DNA of 64,000 bases from Euglena gracilis. Taxonomy: Eukaryota. Both the position numbers and the translations under genes were made by a program. Numbering within the stretch: position 1 is the first letter of the stretch; every line of letters begins with the position of its first letter. Below, one piece after another: positions 13,882-25,839 of the stretch. The notes under the pieces were generated by a model, which searched no databases, was not told where the DNA came from, and saw only the letters and a list, made by a program, of their open reading frames with translations. The DNA is taken from the NCBI GenBank assembly GCA_039621445.1, contig CP154954.1:6831425-6895424 (forward strand), given 5' to 3'.

Positions 13882-15843
13882 ACAGAAATATATAATTATA
13901 TTATTATATTATTGTATTATATCCCTCTTTTATTCGACTGGCCGGTGTTTGGTTGACCCAAGGGTTTTATGCTCCAGCGAGATGTCAAGTATTCTGCTCC
14001 ACTCTTCCAGGCTTACCCACGGGCCCCCAAAGGGTGCACGGTCCACTCTGATTCCATTTTTTTCCGGTAGGCTCTCTCCACCCTCTGCTGACGGCAGTTG
14101 GTGCTGCTGGGGCTGGTGGGCGATTTCCCGTTCAAGGAGTACAACGAGCGTTTCACGGGGGGTCGCATGCTGCTCATCGAGCTGCTGTTCACGCTGCCCA
14201 GGTCACATGGGTGTGCAAGTTGCAGGCTGGCTGTGGTTTTTTGTCCATTGCTACCATCTGATTTCTCATGATGTCATCACCATGCCTTGTCGTGAGTTTT
14301 TTTTTTAAGCTGTGACTGTGAGAGTCTGGCAAACACTGGAGCAGAAGCGACCCGTGGGCAATATACACCATGGACCTGCTCCCGTATATAATTCTGGTGG
14401 TAATCCTGCTGCTGAACCAGGCGGACTGCTCGTTCTTCAGTTTCTTTCCTTTTTTATTACGTGCATTTTTGTATTTTTCATTTTTTACACTCATATTTCA
14501 AGTGACGTTGAACCAAACCCCTCCTCCCAGATAAACACTCAAGAAGGCACTGGATGCAACCAAAAACTGAGAAACTCTGGGAAGCTGTTCGGGCATTCCC
14601 ATGAACTCTGAGCAGGCTTCTTTTTTGGGGGGTGGGGGTTTGGGCAGGCTCGGGGGGGGGGATCGAGTTTTGGGGTGGGTTGCATTTTTGCCCCCCAGCT
14701 CGAAAATGCCATTTCGAGGGCATTTTGTCTGGGTCCACAGGCACCGGGGCCAACCCCCACCCTGGGGGGACTGCTATGGGCAGGCACCCGGTCGTACAAG
14801 GCACCCCCCTACCCCCGTGGTTAAAAAGAAGCCTGACTCCGAACCCCCCCCTTCCAGGGAACAGTTACAGCCGCCTGCTCACAACCTGCTCATCGCAATG
14901 ATGGGCAACACGTACGCTGCAGTGCAGGACCAAGCGGAGAAGCGGTGGTACCTCGGGCCAGGGGATTTCTCAGCCGGTACCGACCTGGGGCCAGCCATTT
15001 AGCACCTTTTCCCCAAGCCAACAGCTCCCAAGGGCTGCAGGGGGTTGAAATGAGGTTGTGTCCCCATTTTCTTGCAAAGCGATGAATGAATTTATGAAAG
15101 AAACTTATGGAAAATGGCTTTGTGTGTTTTGCCAAAATGTGGCCAATTACCGGTCCAGTTTGACCTCACAGGCAGTTGGCCACTCTTTTGTCGTCCACTG
15201 GCAAATATGACCTCTCCCCGCTAAAACCTCACAGGTTTTTTTTTGTTGTGAATTCCTTTAATTTTCACTTTCAAACGCTGGCTTTTATGTCTTCAGGGCC
15301 AAAATAATCAAACAAGCTAGTTTTAAGGAAAGGTCTTCGGCTAGCTGTTGACCCGACACCCAATCAACCAACCTCAATTTGGGATGCAATGCCTCACCCT
15401 TTGGGCCACGGCAGATTCCTAAATTTCCGACCCAATTTTCTGGGGGATTATGTTTGTTCCACGAGCCTGGCAGTCTTTCCTGGAGCCTCTGGAGGGGTCC
15501 AGCCAGCAGTTTTTAGCTCTCAATGTACCGGCTGACCCTGCAAAGTCTTTAAGGATTCCCCTGCTTGCAGCGCGCGAACCTCATGGTCAGGGGGTGGCAG
15601 ACAGGCGCAACGCACTGCAATGAAATGAGTTTTGTCGGCATTTGGAGCAGGGGCATGGTTGCATATGTGAAAATTTTGCATTGCTGCAGCTTCCGATTCA
15701 TGGAAGCTTTTGTGGCAAGAAATGCTTGAAGGTCCATCGGTTTGTATTCACAATTTTCTTGGCAAATGGACCCATATCAAGTTCATTTTTTCCAGGTTTT
15801 GTGGGGAATTATTCTGACCTTGAATTGATATGCATTGTATCAG

Positions 15844-15875
<32 letters not shown>

Positions 15876-16029
15876 CGGTGGAGTGCTGCTGGGGCAAGGG
15901 GACCACCTGGGCCGCCCTCTGCCACGGGCGGCGTACGAGGCGGAGCACACGGTGGATGAGATGCAGCAGCTGCGCAAGCAGTTCGCCACGCCCTTCGGCC
16001 AGTCCGACGCCGCCGTGACCCGGGACACC
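419..16029 (+). CDS. TRPV-like (TRPV5/6, Nanchung/Inactive-like) ankyrin-repeat cation channel, paralog 1; 5'-partial, multi-exon, C-terminal exons unresolved
   Basis: Exons ~419-548 (YPLLFAAASNQVDIVRCIL), 1011-1065 (DRFGNTALHLAVIH), 1393-1410 (ELPDIY), 1699-1723 (DFVLEEMY), 2309-2407 (NAEGLTPLALAAAMG), 4414-4460 (HILAKSSVVAWDYGP), 5824-~5925 (ITCKLFPLGGLE), ~9012-9160 (VLDKKWDAFG + S1), ~9507-9562, 9702-~9769 (S2), 12544-12622 (S3), 12980-13061 and 13283-13331 (S4, LGFRSTGPFVIMIKEM), ~13579-13701 (GDLRRF, S5), 14093-14195 (pore, LLGLVGDF), 14384-14414 and 14883-14955 (LLLNLLIAMMGNTY, S6), 15569-15584 (ERANLM, TRP box), 15927-16029. Phases join correctly at most junctions and the motif order matches the TRPV family. 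Confidence 0.92.
3829..3886. repeat. (GACCAGGGCC)n decamer array
   Basis: Five exact tandem copies plus a partial copy. Confidence 0.9.
3920..4346. repeat. Dispersed repeat family with GGCCAACCTGTCA / CCCGGGAAACTGTCA motifs
   Basis: Motif clusters recur at ~2490-2560, ~13410-13540 and ~44630-44820. Confidence 0.65.
4866..5271. mobile_element. MITE family A (CCCCCTATGTCCAA TIR, TA flank)
   Basis: TIR cccccactatgtccaacgacc / ggtcattggacataggggg; near-identical copy at 63519-63938 and a related copy at 20915-21357. Confidence 0.88.
7076..8817. mobile_element. Non-autonomous foldback element with long (~350-490 bp) imperfect inverted arms
   Basis: 7190-7320 is inverted relative to 8640-8785 and 7405-7505 relative to 8520-8618; ends gtaaaccccagt / actggagtttgac. 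Confidence 0.8.
10070..11935. repeat. Composite minisatellite block in a TRPV intron
   Basis: (GGCGATGCTG)n at 10070-10205 and 11850-11935; 18-bp GATGCAGATGCTGGACAA units at 10590-11030; AAAAGTGGTC/AAAAGCAGC units at 11275-11820; 10230-10500 resembles 3430-3710. Confidence 0.9.
12085..12359. mobile_element. MITE with CAGG...CCTG termini and perfect 8-bp TSD (hAT-like)
   Basis: TIR cagggatttttttaag / cttaaaaaaacccctg; ATTGCATC at 12077-12084 and 12360-12367. Confidence 0.9.
14613..14835. mobile_element. MITE of the same CAGG...CCTG family, degenerate 8-bp TSD
   Basis: TIR caggcttcttttt / aaaaagaagcctg; flanks ACTCTGAG / ACTCCGAA (6/8). Confidence 0.8.
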
Positions 16030-16305
16030 GGGCAGGGCGTTACTTGCCATTGTCGCGCACCTGCCAGTTTGTCATGCTTGCACGCTACCCCTTGGGGCTG
16101 TATTGTGGAACTATTATGCCAGAGTATTCGGCCTTTTCGGATCGTATTTCAGTATCCTTTTATGCTTGTGTTTCGCTCTTTGTGTTTCGCAAAATTCGGC
16201 TCACAGGAAAACACAAAAAATGACGACCACCCAAACCTTGTGAGAAAATTTTTTCTGTCGCTGTAGCGACTTCGTCTGCATTCCGCAGTCCCCGAAGCGA
16301 ACCTA

Positions 16306-16529
16306 TTAACCCCCCCCCCCCCAAATAACCCCCCGGGGTGTTATTTGGGCACCCGAACTGGGGCCCCGGGGGGGGGGGTGTGTTATTTGGGGGGGTGTTA
16401 TTTTTACATGGAAAACCAAAGGAAAACAGGGGGGGGGGGTGTTATTTGGGCGCTCGAAATCGGCCCCCGAGGGGGGGGGGTGTTATTTGGGGGGGGTTAT
16501 TTGGGGGGGGGGTTATTTGGGGGGTTTAA
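16306..16529. mobile_element. Small MITE with GTTATTTGG subterminal repeats
   Basis: ttaacccc...ccaaataacc / ggttatttggggggtttaa. Confidence 0.7.
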
Positions 16530-18509
16530 CAATGCATAGTTAATAGGTGTGTTTCCATTGTTGGCGTTTGTACTCTGCATTTTTAGTTTACAATTTGTGA
16601 AAATTTTGTAAAAATTGTAAAATTGTATAAAAAACCCAAAATGGTAAGCAAAGGTGGGGACTCAGAGGCTGTTGTTGGCGGCCGTAGCTGCTTGTGCCCT
16701 GAGACACCTCGCCTCCACTCCCCAGTCAGAGAGTGCAGGGTAAGGGCCGTTGCAGGTGGCTTTGAAACTTAGGTTGTTTTTGGCACCCAGTCGTGCGACC
16801 ACCACCTGGTTGGGGGTCGCATATGACCCCTTCTGTCGGGGGTTTTCGGTTGTTGCTGATGAATGATGTTTTTTGTACCCTGCCCCTGGCCAGCCCAGAT
16901 GTCAGCTATGTCAACTCGACAGGACCAAAACTCCTGTCGAGTTGGGTCTCAGCTCAACAGCCAACTCTTCAGTGGTGGTTTTTCGTCGCCCGCCCCCCGC
17001 CCCCCGCCCCTCAGCTCCCCTAGTCACAGCCGAGGGGCAGGCTGGATGAACGCCATGGCGTGGAGTTCTGCCTCACCACCACCGTGCGATCCGAGGAGTG
17101 GAAGCTTTCGTCAGCAAGGCGGGCCGGCTCACCCACTGGGCCGCTGGCCGCCGACCGCTGAGGGACGGTGGACGTGGAAGGCACAAGATGCCACCTTTTC
17201 TTCCATTGGATGATGGGTGTGATTCATAAGCTGGATGTCATCTGATTGTGGCCAAGACAGCACAGGAAACTTTTTTTTTAGTGTTTGGCCGGGAGCAAAT
17301 TACATATTTTTTGGGGGTTTATAATGATGGTTGGGTGGGTATGGGACTTGCCAAAGCTATGAATTGTGTATGCTATTCACCCTTTGACCGCGTCAACCGA
17401 AATCCCGCTTCATGTTTTATTGTCCCCAGCGTGGGAGGGGGTTCGTGCCTGGGCAGTCATTTGCGAGAGTGGTCAAGCGTTGAAGAACTCCATTTCTGGC
17501 TGCATGGCACTGGCCTTGTTCCCATGGATATTGACAACCGGCCGGCGGCCGAGTGGCACTGACCGATGACCCACCGCCCGCCTCTCCCCCGTGACCGTCG
17601 CCGTCCCTGAACCCAACCCTCCCCCTCCCGCTGTAGTTATTCCGCCCATTTGTCCCGGGGCTCCTCCGGGCCCCGGCCCCGCACTGCGCGGCTCAGTGCG
17701 TCGTCGAAAGCGTTGCGAGGCCCCCTTTCGCTCGCCGACAGGGCGTCAGCCCTGCGGGCTGGCGGCGGAGGGGGGCTGGCCACCTGAGCGAAACCAACCA
17801 TCTCCGCGAGCTCATCTGGCCCCCTCGATGCTGTCCACCCAAAATCGTCCTGCGTGCAATCAAGGTTCTCTAACACCCACTTACCCTCCTCGGTCGCAGG
17901 ACATTTTTCAGAGTTTGGCCAGATTTTCAGTGTGTTGCAAATCCCGTCTTGAAAAAGTTTTCTGCCAAAAATCACTTTATGCTTAAAATACCATTTGGGG
18001 CACCATATTTTGGCGATTTGTGGTGTTTGAAAAAAGGGGGGGGATAATTCCCATATTGTGGTTTGCAAATTGGGAAATTGCCTGGGGTGTACTTGTGTCA
18101 TAAAGTTGAGCCTCCATTTCGGTTTGGGGAATGTGTGCATGGGTATGGGAGATGGGTGACTGGGGGGGTTGAAAAGCTGGTTATGTGCGTTTTTCTGGGT
18201 GCCAGTAGGTGGTGGTGTGCATGCCATGGTTATGTTTTGTGCATAGTTGGAAGGAAGAGTGAGTACATGCAAGAGTTGCTTACAAAGGTATTCATAACCC
18301 ACTCCACTCACCCGGCAGGTTTGGTTGCAGGTTTTTTTGATTGAAAGCCAGGGGAATCCCTTCAACAGTGGCTAACAAAAGAACATTGCTGCGCATTATC
18401 TAATGAGGGTTTGTGTGTGAATGGATGCTCAATCCCCCGATAATTTCTTCTCCTGATGACGATTTGGCGCGGCCCTGGCAGGGACATGTTTCCAGTGCCC
18501 CTGCGCCGC

Positions 18510-18554
18510 GTGTCCCATTTCCCACCCTGCGCCCCCCCCCCCCAACTTTCGCAG
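18510..18554 (+). promoter_or_regulatory. Putative spliced-leader trans-splice acceptor (pyrimidine tract + CGCAG) shortly before the b561 ATG
   Basis: C-rich tract ending ttcgcAG 12 nt before the ATG. The same arrangement is at 30120-30145, and a similar one at 40070-40097 before the coiled-coil gene. SL trans-splicing is established for euglenozoans. Confidence 0.5.
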
Positions 18555-18566
18555 GGGCTGTTGAGA

Positions 18567-21500
18567 ATGCAGTTTGCCGCACAGGCTCCGGAGGTTGGGC
18601 AGGCGGAGTACTTCACGCCGACGCCCGAGGTGTACGTGTACCCGGAAGAGCCACAACCTGAGATGGGGAAGTGGCCCGAAGGTGTGCTCCACTCCCGTCT
18701 TTTTGTGCTTCACCCTTGTTCATATCCGTGTCTCAGTGAATTGACTTTTTCTTAATTTCAATTTTGATTTGTTCATAGGGTATAATGCAGCAACACGATG
18801 GTGCAGGAGTGTTCCTGTTTTGAAAGTAATGCAATAATTTTCAGAATTGTAGAATACTTTATTCCACACGCTTTTTCATTTGGACAGGCTAATGCTCTTC
18901 TTGTTGCATTTCTGCAGAATCCCTTTTATGACTCCACAGAGGGCCAGCCAGAAGTATCCCCAACCTCCCGCCCGTGGCATTGGTGGCGGTGGGTATTGTG
19001 GAGCAGACCAACATTTGGTGGCAGTCACCAAAGATACCGCAGGCAAATTATTCCATGTTATATTTCAATTAATGCATTCATTTTTTCTTGTCTTGGGAAT
19101 TAATACATTCGTGCTATTTTTATTATTTATTTGAAACAAATAGCATGTTTCAGCTTATGTATATTTGATGATTTTTTTTTTAACACGCAGTAATACTCAA
19201 TGAAATTTCCTCCTTCCCCATCTCCAAGGGCCACCCCGTCCTGACCCATGGTTTTTAAATTCTTTAAAAGAGCATTTTTTTGTGTCCTTTTGTGAGATAT
19301 TGCTTTACATTTTTCGCCATTATCATCAGAATGTTTTAACGAGATTTTTTTTGATTTCTCCCCCACTTATTGTTCCCGCCGTCCAATGTCCAGCACCTCC
19401 CTCCCTTCCCTGGTTATGGCGGGATTTATTAAAGGATGGACCATGGGGGACAGGGAGGGTCGGTGGGTCCGCCCACCCCCCGGGGGGTTGCTTCCAAGTG
19501 CGTTGTGGGTCCCCCACAAGGTTCTGGCTTTTTTGCCTTTTTTTTTCGGTGCAAGGGCTCCAAAATTTTTTGACCCCGTATTTGACCTCAAAAATGTCCC
19601 CCCAGGGTGGAGGGGCGCTCTCTTGGATGGGCGGGGTTCCCCGTGGTGTCTGTCTTATGACCACATTTCCGGTGTACCCAACCAATGGGCCGGGGGTGGG
19701 TATTTGTTGGCCCTGGACGCCCGATCCGATCCCCCGATCCCCCCCAACGTCGCCTCTGCAACGCTGGCCTGAGGCGGGCGCTGCCCCGCCTGCTGCTCGT
19801 GCCCTTCCTCGCCCTGTTCTTCCTGTGGGTGTTCAACGCCGAGGGGGGCGTCGGGCTCGACGCCTCCAGCCTCTTCGGCCTGCACGCCGTGCTGATGGTC
19901 GTCTTTGTGCTGCCCAGACCCTCGGCCCCCACCGATGGCTCATGGTGCAACGCGAATGTGCGGTGAATGGGTCTCAAGCGCGACTGCGTTTTTTGGAAAA
20001 TCGTATTGGACAGCATGTTGAGGGGAAAGGGCGCGCGTCACGCAAACTATTTCTTATAGTCTTTTATGTTTCTTATAACACATTTTTTCTAGCAAAAATT
20101 ATTACTTGAATTTCCAAAAAAGGTTGCCATTCTTTCAGTTTCCTCAAAACAAAGCAGGGGGGAAAGTGCTTGGGAAAAAACCTAAAAAAAAACTGGTTGA
20201 ACACAATGAGAAATCTTTTGCGGCAATATAACTCTATACTAAATATAATATATATTTAGCTCTATAATCATATCAAAGGTTATTTTTATATAAATTTAAT
20301 TAATAATTTTAATAATATATATGCATAATTGATAATTGGAATATTAATAATATAATCATATAATTAATGATTAATTTCAATTTAATTAATTTTTAATATT
20401 TTCTAGGCTTTATGTGATTTTTTGGGGGGGGCTGCATAAACCATTTTCTAGCTGAACCTTCACAGAGAGAAGCCAAACACCGGTCGATAACTATGGGAAA
20501 ATATGTGGGCATTTCAGTGATTTTAACATTTTTGTCTATGGTAATTTTTTGTATGTCATGCACTTTAGAGTTCAAGCCTAATTCTTCGAAGTGGTTGCCA
20601 CCGACATAAGAATTTTCGCCAGCATCCTTTTATTGTTGTATCGTTCCTGAACTTTTTTTTGGATGTTTGGTGGATGACTGCCTGGGGCCTTGTTCCGATC
20701 TGCATGCAGGAGGCCCTCCTTGTCTATTCCGTTCCGCTTTTCGGGCCTCTGCCGGTTCCTCGAGCTGCCTCCAAGTATGCCGCCCCCAACTCGACGTGGC
20801 TGTGATGTGGCAACGCTGCATTGGAGGCTGGCCAGTGTTGAGGCCGGGGGTTGCTTAACACGGGTGTTGCGTACCGCGCAGAACCCCAACGTTTCCGCAA
20901 TCAAAGCTGCAGTACCCCCCCCCTATGTCCAACGACCACCCCCCCCCGGTCAGAGGACACCTTTTCGGAGGTTTGATTTTTTTTGCAGGTGTGTGAAAAC
21001 CGGAGGTTTGCCAGCCCTGAAAGGCTTTTCTTCCGCCCTTCGTTTGCATTTCCTTTGCATGTTCTCTTGTCCTGATCTCCGCAACAAAATCGTCCAAGGA
21101 TGTCAGTTGTGGGTGCTATTTTAAGTAAATATTTGTTGACAGGGCTGGAAATGGGGGCGCGAAGCGCCGGAAGGAAAATTTTGACCTGTTTTGGGGGGTT
21201 TCCGCAAAAAAAATTTTCCCGACCCTGTGTCCAACGACCATCCCCTCCCCCCGGTCAGAAGACACCTTTTTGGTCACTACCCTATGTTCAAGGACCCCCC
21301 CCCCCGGTCAGAGGACAGAGGTTACCGGTCGTTGGACATAGGGGGGGGGGGAGGGGGTAAGGTGGGTTGAAGTGGGACCAGGATCAGTGTCTAGTAATTG
21401 GCTGGCCAGTGGACCCCAGGGTCCTCAAACAAAAAGCTGAGTGGGACAGACATTTACTGTTGAAATATACCAAATGCTAGGCGACTCATCTCGCTATTAA

Positions 21501-24500
21501 GTTTTTTTTCTGGTCCATCTCCGCATCCTGGGGCCCCACATCACATCCTGCTTGCATTTTTGGAATTTTGGGGTCATATCTTGTCATTTTCATATAAAAA
21601 AAATGTCGATGTGTGCATTTGCGCACATCGGCAAAGAAAAAAAAGTGCGAGATGCGCTGCCGACAGCATTCCCCTCAGCCTCTTTTCATTTCCCTGTTCG
21701 TCAGAATCCTTCACTCCACCCTGGGGGCATGAAAGGAGAGCATCAGTTTCTCTGCAAAAAAAAGAAACACTGAATGTTTGGCAAATTGATTGGAACAGCA
21801 ATATCATCCCAAAAATGAAGTGTCAGCAATCCACACAGTTTTGAAAAAAAATGAATGCCTGTGTTGATGTTAATTTAGTTTTGTTTAGATTTTGTTTAGT
21901 TTAGTTTGAAAATACGTGCCCCAATTATTATTCCCCAAACAATATGTTGTATATATAAATTATACAATTATACAATTATACAAACATATGTATGTATAAT
22001 ATAATATCAAGGAAAATGCTTCAAGAGGTTCCATACGGTGCTCCCGCGCAGGGCCGTCCACGCCTTCTTCCACCTGGCCGGCCTGGGGTGCGCCATCGGG
22101 GGGCTGGTGGCCATCGTGTCCTACAAGCGCCAGAACGGCGACAACGTCTACCCGAACTACCCGGTGTACACCCCCCACTCCTGGGTGGCCATCGCCTTCC
22201 TCGCGTTGTGGACCACGGATTCATTCAACACCCGTGTGACCCCACCCCCTGGGGTTTGGGTGGTTTTTCGAGAGTGGGTGGGTGAGTTGGGGCCTCTGAA
22301 CCATGCTGGGGCGGGGTGCTCTATGGGGCAGATTTTGGCCCAGCCAACGGCCATGCCGGAAATATTTTAAGTGTTTTCGGCCGATTTTGGAAGGTGGATT
22401 TTGGAAGGGTGGGTGGGTTTTTGTCCCCCCCCCCCCACCTTCAGGGGAGGGGTGGTGGGTGGATGGGTTTTGCTGGGTGGTTTGGACCCGAGGTAAAGGT
22501 CCCCCCGAGTGTCACGCAGTGAATCTGTGTTGTAGACCCTCCAGCTGCTGGGAGCAAGACACTGCCACGCATGGTGATGCCAAAACAAGGGAGGTTCTGT
22601 TCAGTCGAATTTTCAGTCACATTTTCTTCAAGATGTTCACTTTTTTTCTCTTCAATTTACAGTTGCATTTTTAAGCTTTTGACACCAACGTTGCATGTTT
22701 TTCCACCAGTGAGGTTATTAGTTCTGCAGTGAGTATTGGGGGAATTCAAAACCACTATTTGTGTAGGTTTTGGCTTCGGTCCAGAGAGAAACTGCATAAC
22801 TTGACTCACAAACCTACCTATTACGAAGCAATTTCCACGCCATTCTGGCCGAAATACCATCACCAGTTATTATTGCAGTGTTTTGTCGTTGAGGTGCTGT
22901 TGTGTTTGCTCTCGTCAAGGATGAGCAGATCAAGCAACGATGCAGGGCCACCATCAATCTCATGACGATTCGTTTGCTTGTCTGTCGTCTATGTCGCTGA
23001 ACTCAGAAATGCAAAAATATGAGAATATTTGGTTTTACAATATTTGTCTGACGTTTTGTGAATAAGACACAATTTATTCACGTCTATTAATTATTTGATT
23101 TTTTTTTCGGGGGGGTAGACGTTTAATTAACCTGACTCTTCAACGTCCGTGTATATGGGCACATTTGGTGTCCCAATTTGAATGTCCGGGAAGGATTTGT
23201 CATGTAGGTTCACGTGTGATACCAGATTCAACCCAAGGAGCCTATTTTTGCATTTCTAAAATGCGCCACATTGCACGTATTATTTTTTTTCGTTTCAACA
23301 ATTTGGCTGCAACTCACTGACTGGTGGTGTTGATGTTCGGTATGGGTGTACCCTATTGGCCCCTCGCCGGTTTGCTATCCTCAGGCTGTTGATAAACCCA
23401 TTAATGACCAACGTGCAAAAAAGTTGAGAATTGAAGTCTGCCAGCCCATCCGATCCTCAATCAGCCAACATTTTTTTTCCAGCCAACTCCTGTCACCCAG
23501 CTGTCGGAATTCCGCTGGGCGATTCCCGTTTCCTGTGTGGGAAAGCGTTCAGCAGAGAAATCACCCGGAATTTTTCAAATTTTGATCGGGATCGGCGGTG
23601 CGGGCGACGTTCCACCGCTTCTTCGGGAACGTGACCTACGGGGTCGGCCTCGCCACGTGTGCCTTAGGCTTCCAGGACATGCAGTCCAGCGACCTCGCGT
23701 GGCTGGCAACCAGAGATTGCTTTAATGATATTTGAGCCCCACGGACGCTTCTTCGAATAATTGGTTTTCTAAGAAAGTGCTCAATGTCCCAACCCCCTGC
23801 CGGATCCCCTGCGCTCTTGAATGGAAGTCTCTGCGTCCGATGCCCAACATGACGGACGCAATGGCGTCCATGGCAGGCATGGACATGGACATGCCCGACA
23901 TGCCCACGGGCTACCAGTACAACTCCATCCTGGCCTGCTACTCCAGCGCCTGCAGACCATGGTGGCTGTAATCATATATCATATGTTTGCACCCATTCTA
24001 AGGGAAATTGTGCCCGCGAAATTATCGTTTCACCAACATTTTGGATTACCCCGACGTTTTTTGCAGCACCCGGAGACAGATTCCTGGGAGGGGCGTATGG
24101 GACATCAATCGAAAATGTAATTTTGGGCTCTACAGGTGGGTGTCCCAAAATCTATCTGAAATTGGCCGAAAATGAAAGAAATTTGTTACAGTTTTGCCAT
24201 TTTTTTCGAGGCTTTCATTTTGCTCAAAAGTTTCTTTGTGGTTGTCGTTCAAAATGGAAGGCCACAAGTTTCTTTCGAGGATTCCGGTTGGAGTTGATCT
24301 AATTTCAGACAAAAGAAGCTCATTCCCAAAACCTTGCCATATTGCAACAAAAAACTCTTCGACCTTTTTAATCCCTGAGCATTCGTTCCAAACGGATTTT
24401 TTTGGATGTGTTTGCTTGATTTGTTGCTCACACCTGCATACATGATCAAATGCACTGATGGTATGAAAGGAGTATAAGATAATCCCCCCACCCCCATCCC

Positions 24501-25618
24501 CCCACCCCCATCCCCCCACCTTTCGGAAAAATTGGCCGAAAATGGCTGAAAATGGCTGAAAATGGCCGAAAATCTGGGTGTCAATTATAGGAGCTTGGTT
24601 ATCAAAAAGAGAAGAACAAAGCTTTGGAATTTCGCTACATAACGCTTTCCCCCGATTTTTAAATCCATCCAGAGGCCCACTGGGTGCAAGTATCTACCAC
24701 ACTCATGAAACTGACACATTTGCGAAGAAAAAGAAGTAGTATGCTTTCTCCCTGCCTAATTACTCGTATTAAATATTTCCCCAGGCATACTTTTTGTGCC
24801 GAGCTAGATGTTGTACTGGAAGGACTTTGGAAACCAAAAGTTTGTCTGGCCCGTTGCAACTGGTTTTTTCTCCGGGGGTGGAGGGGGTCCGGACAAGGAA
24901 GCTCCGCAGCTCACCCATGCCCCCGGGGTCCCCCCCCCTAGTTTTGGAAGGGGATCCCCTCCCTCCCCCCTCCTCTGCGTGGGCAAAAATTTTTCCGGGT
25001 GTGTATTTTAGGACTCTTTTGAGGCTCAACGTGAAATTTTGGCAAAATGGCAAAAAATGAACGTACCTGCAACCTCCACCGTTATGAAATTGCACCTTTT
25101 TTGGCTTTTCGTTTTGTTTTCGCCCCTAGTGGTACGACCCCCCCCCCGTTCGGGCCGTTCGGGGGTTGCAGGAACCTGGTCGTTGGACGGGGGGGGCAGG
25201 CGGGGAATTGTGTTAATGCGGGAATGCTGTTAGACAGGGTATTTTAAGGGCTTCAATTAAAACAAAATGCTGTTAAACAGGGCATTTTCAGGGTTTCAAT
25301 TTGGTTCTTTGCATTTCCTCTGATTCCCCGCCATTTTTGAGAAATTCCAGAAAAATTGACCCAAAAAACCGGCCTAAATTTTCGGCGACCGAAAACTGGA
25401 GCCCCCTAGTTTTGGAAGGGGGTCCCCCCACTCCCCCCCTCGGAGATTCCCATACAACCCTACCCCTCCCCCCCCCTTTAATACCCTGCTCGCAAGTCAT
25501 GAGGGGCAGAGCAAATTCCGGTCTCTCCGCATCCGCATCCACGTCCCAGCCACTGTGTGCCTGTCTGTTGCTGGTGTTCATCGGGATCGCCACGTTCTTT
25601 GTCCAGCTTTTCAAGTGA
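18567..25618 (+). CDS. Cytochrome b561 (transmembrane ascorbate-dependent / ferric reductase family), copy 1
   Basis: Exons 18567-18650 (MQFAAQAPEV), 18912-18941, ~19665-19686 (FPVYPTN), ~19764-19911 (TM1, LFGLHAVLM), ~20697-20749 (CMQEALLVY), ~22040-22212 (VHAFFH, YTPHSWV), 22536-22551 (TLQLLG), ~22894-22939, ~23591-23707 (FHRFFG), 23839-23949 (Met-rich loop), ~25555-25618 (TM6, stop). All four heme-ligand His motifs of b561 occur in order. Confidence 0.88.
20915..21357. mobile_element. MITE family A, present only in duplication copy 1
   Basis: Same TIRs, TA on both sides; empty site visible near 32140 in copy 2. Confidence 0.85.
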
Positions 25619-25839
25619 GTCGTGCGAGTTGATGATTTGTTTGCCTCCCATTCTGTGCTTAAGTGACCCGCCTCCCCCCTCTCTTGCTGGAGGCTGATGC
25701 TTGCCTCGCTTGCCACCCCTATTGTCTTTTCCCTGCCGAAAGTTTGGGCCGACTAACACACTGCCTTGCTGACACCCATAGTGTTATTATGTGTGGATCG
25801 CACGGATGGTGTTGGAAGGAAGATCGCAAGGTTATTTTG

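Noticed and set aside
16880-17830. Candidate C-terminal exons of TRPV-like paralog 1
   Set aside because: Several possible acceptors and frames and no conserved motif to choose among them.
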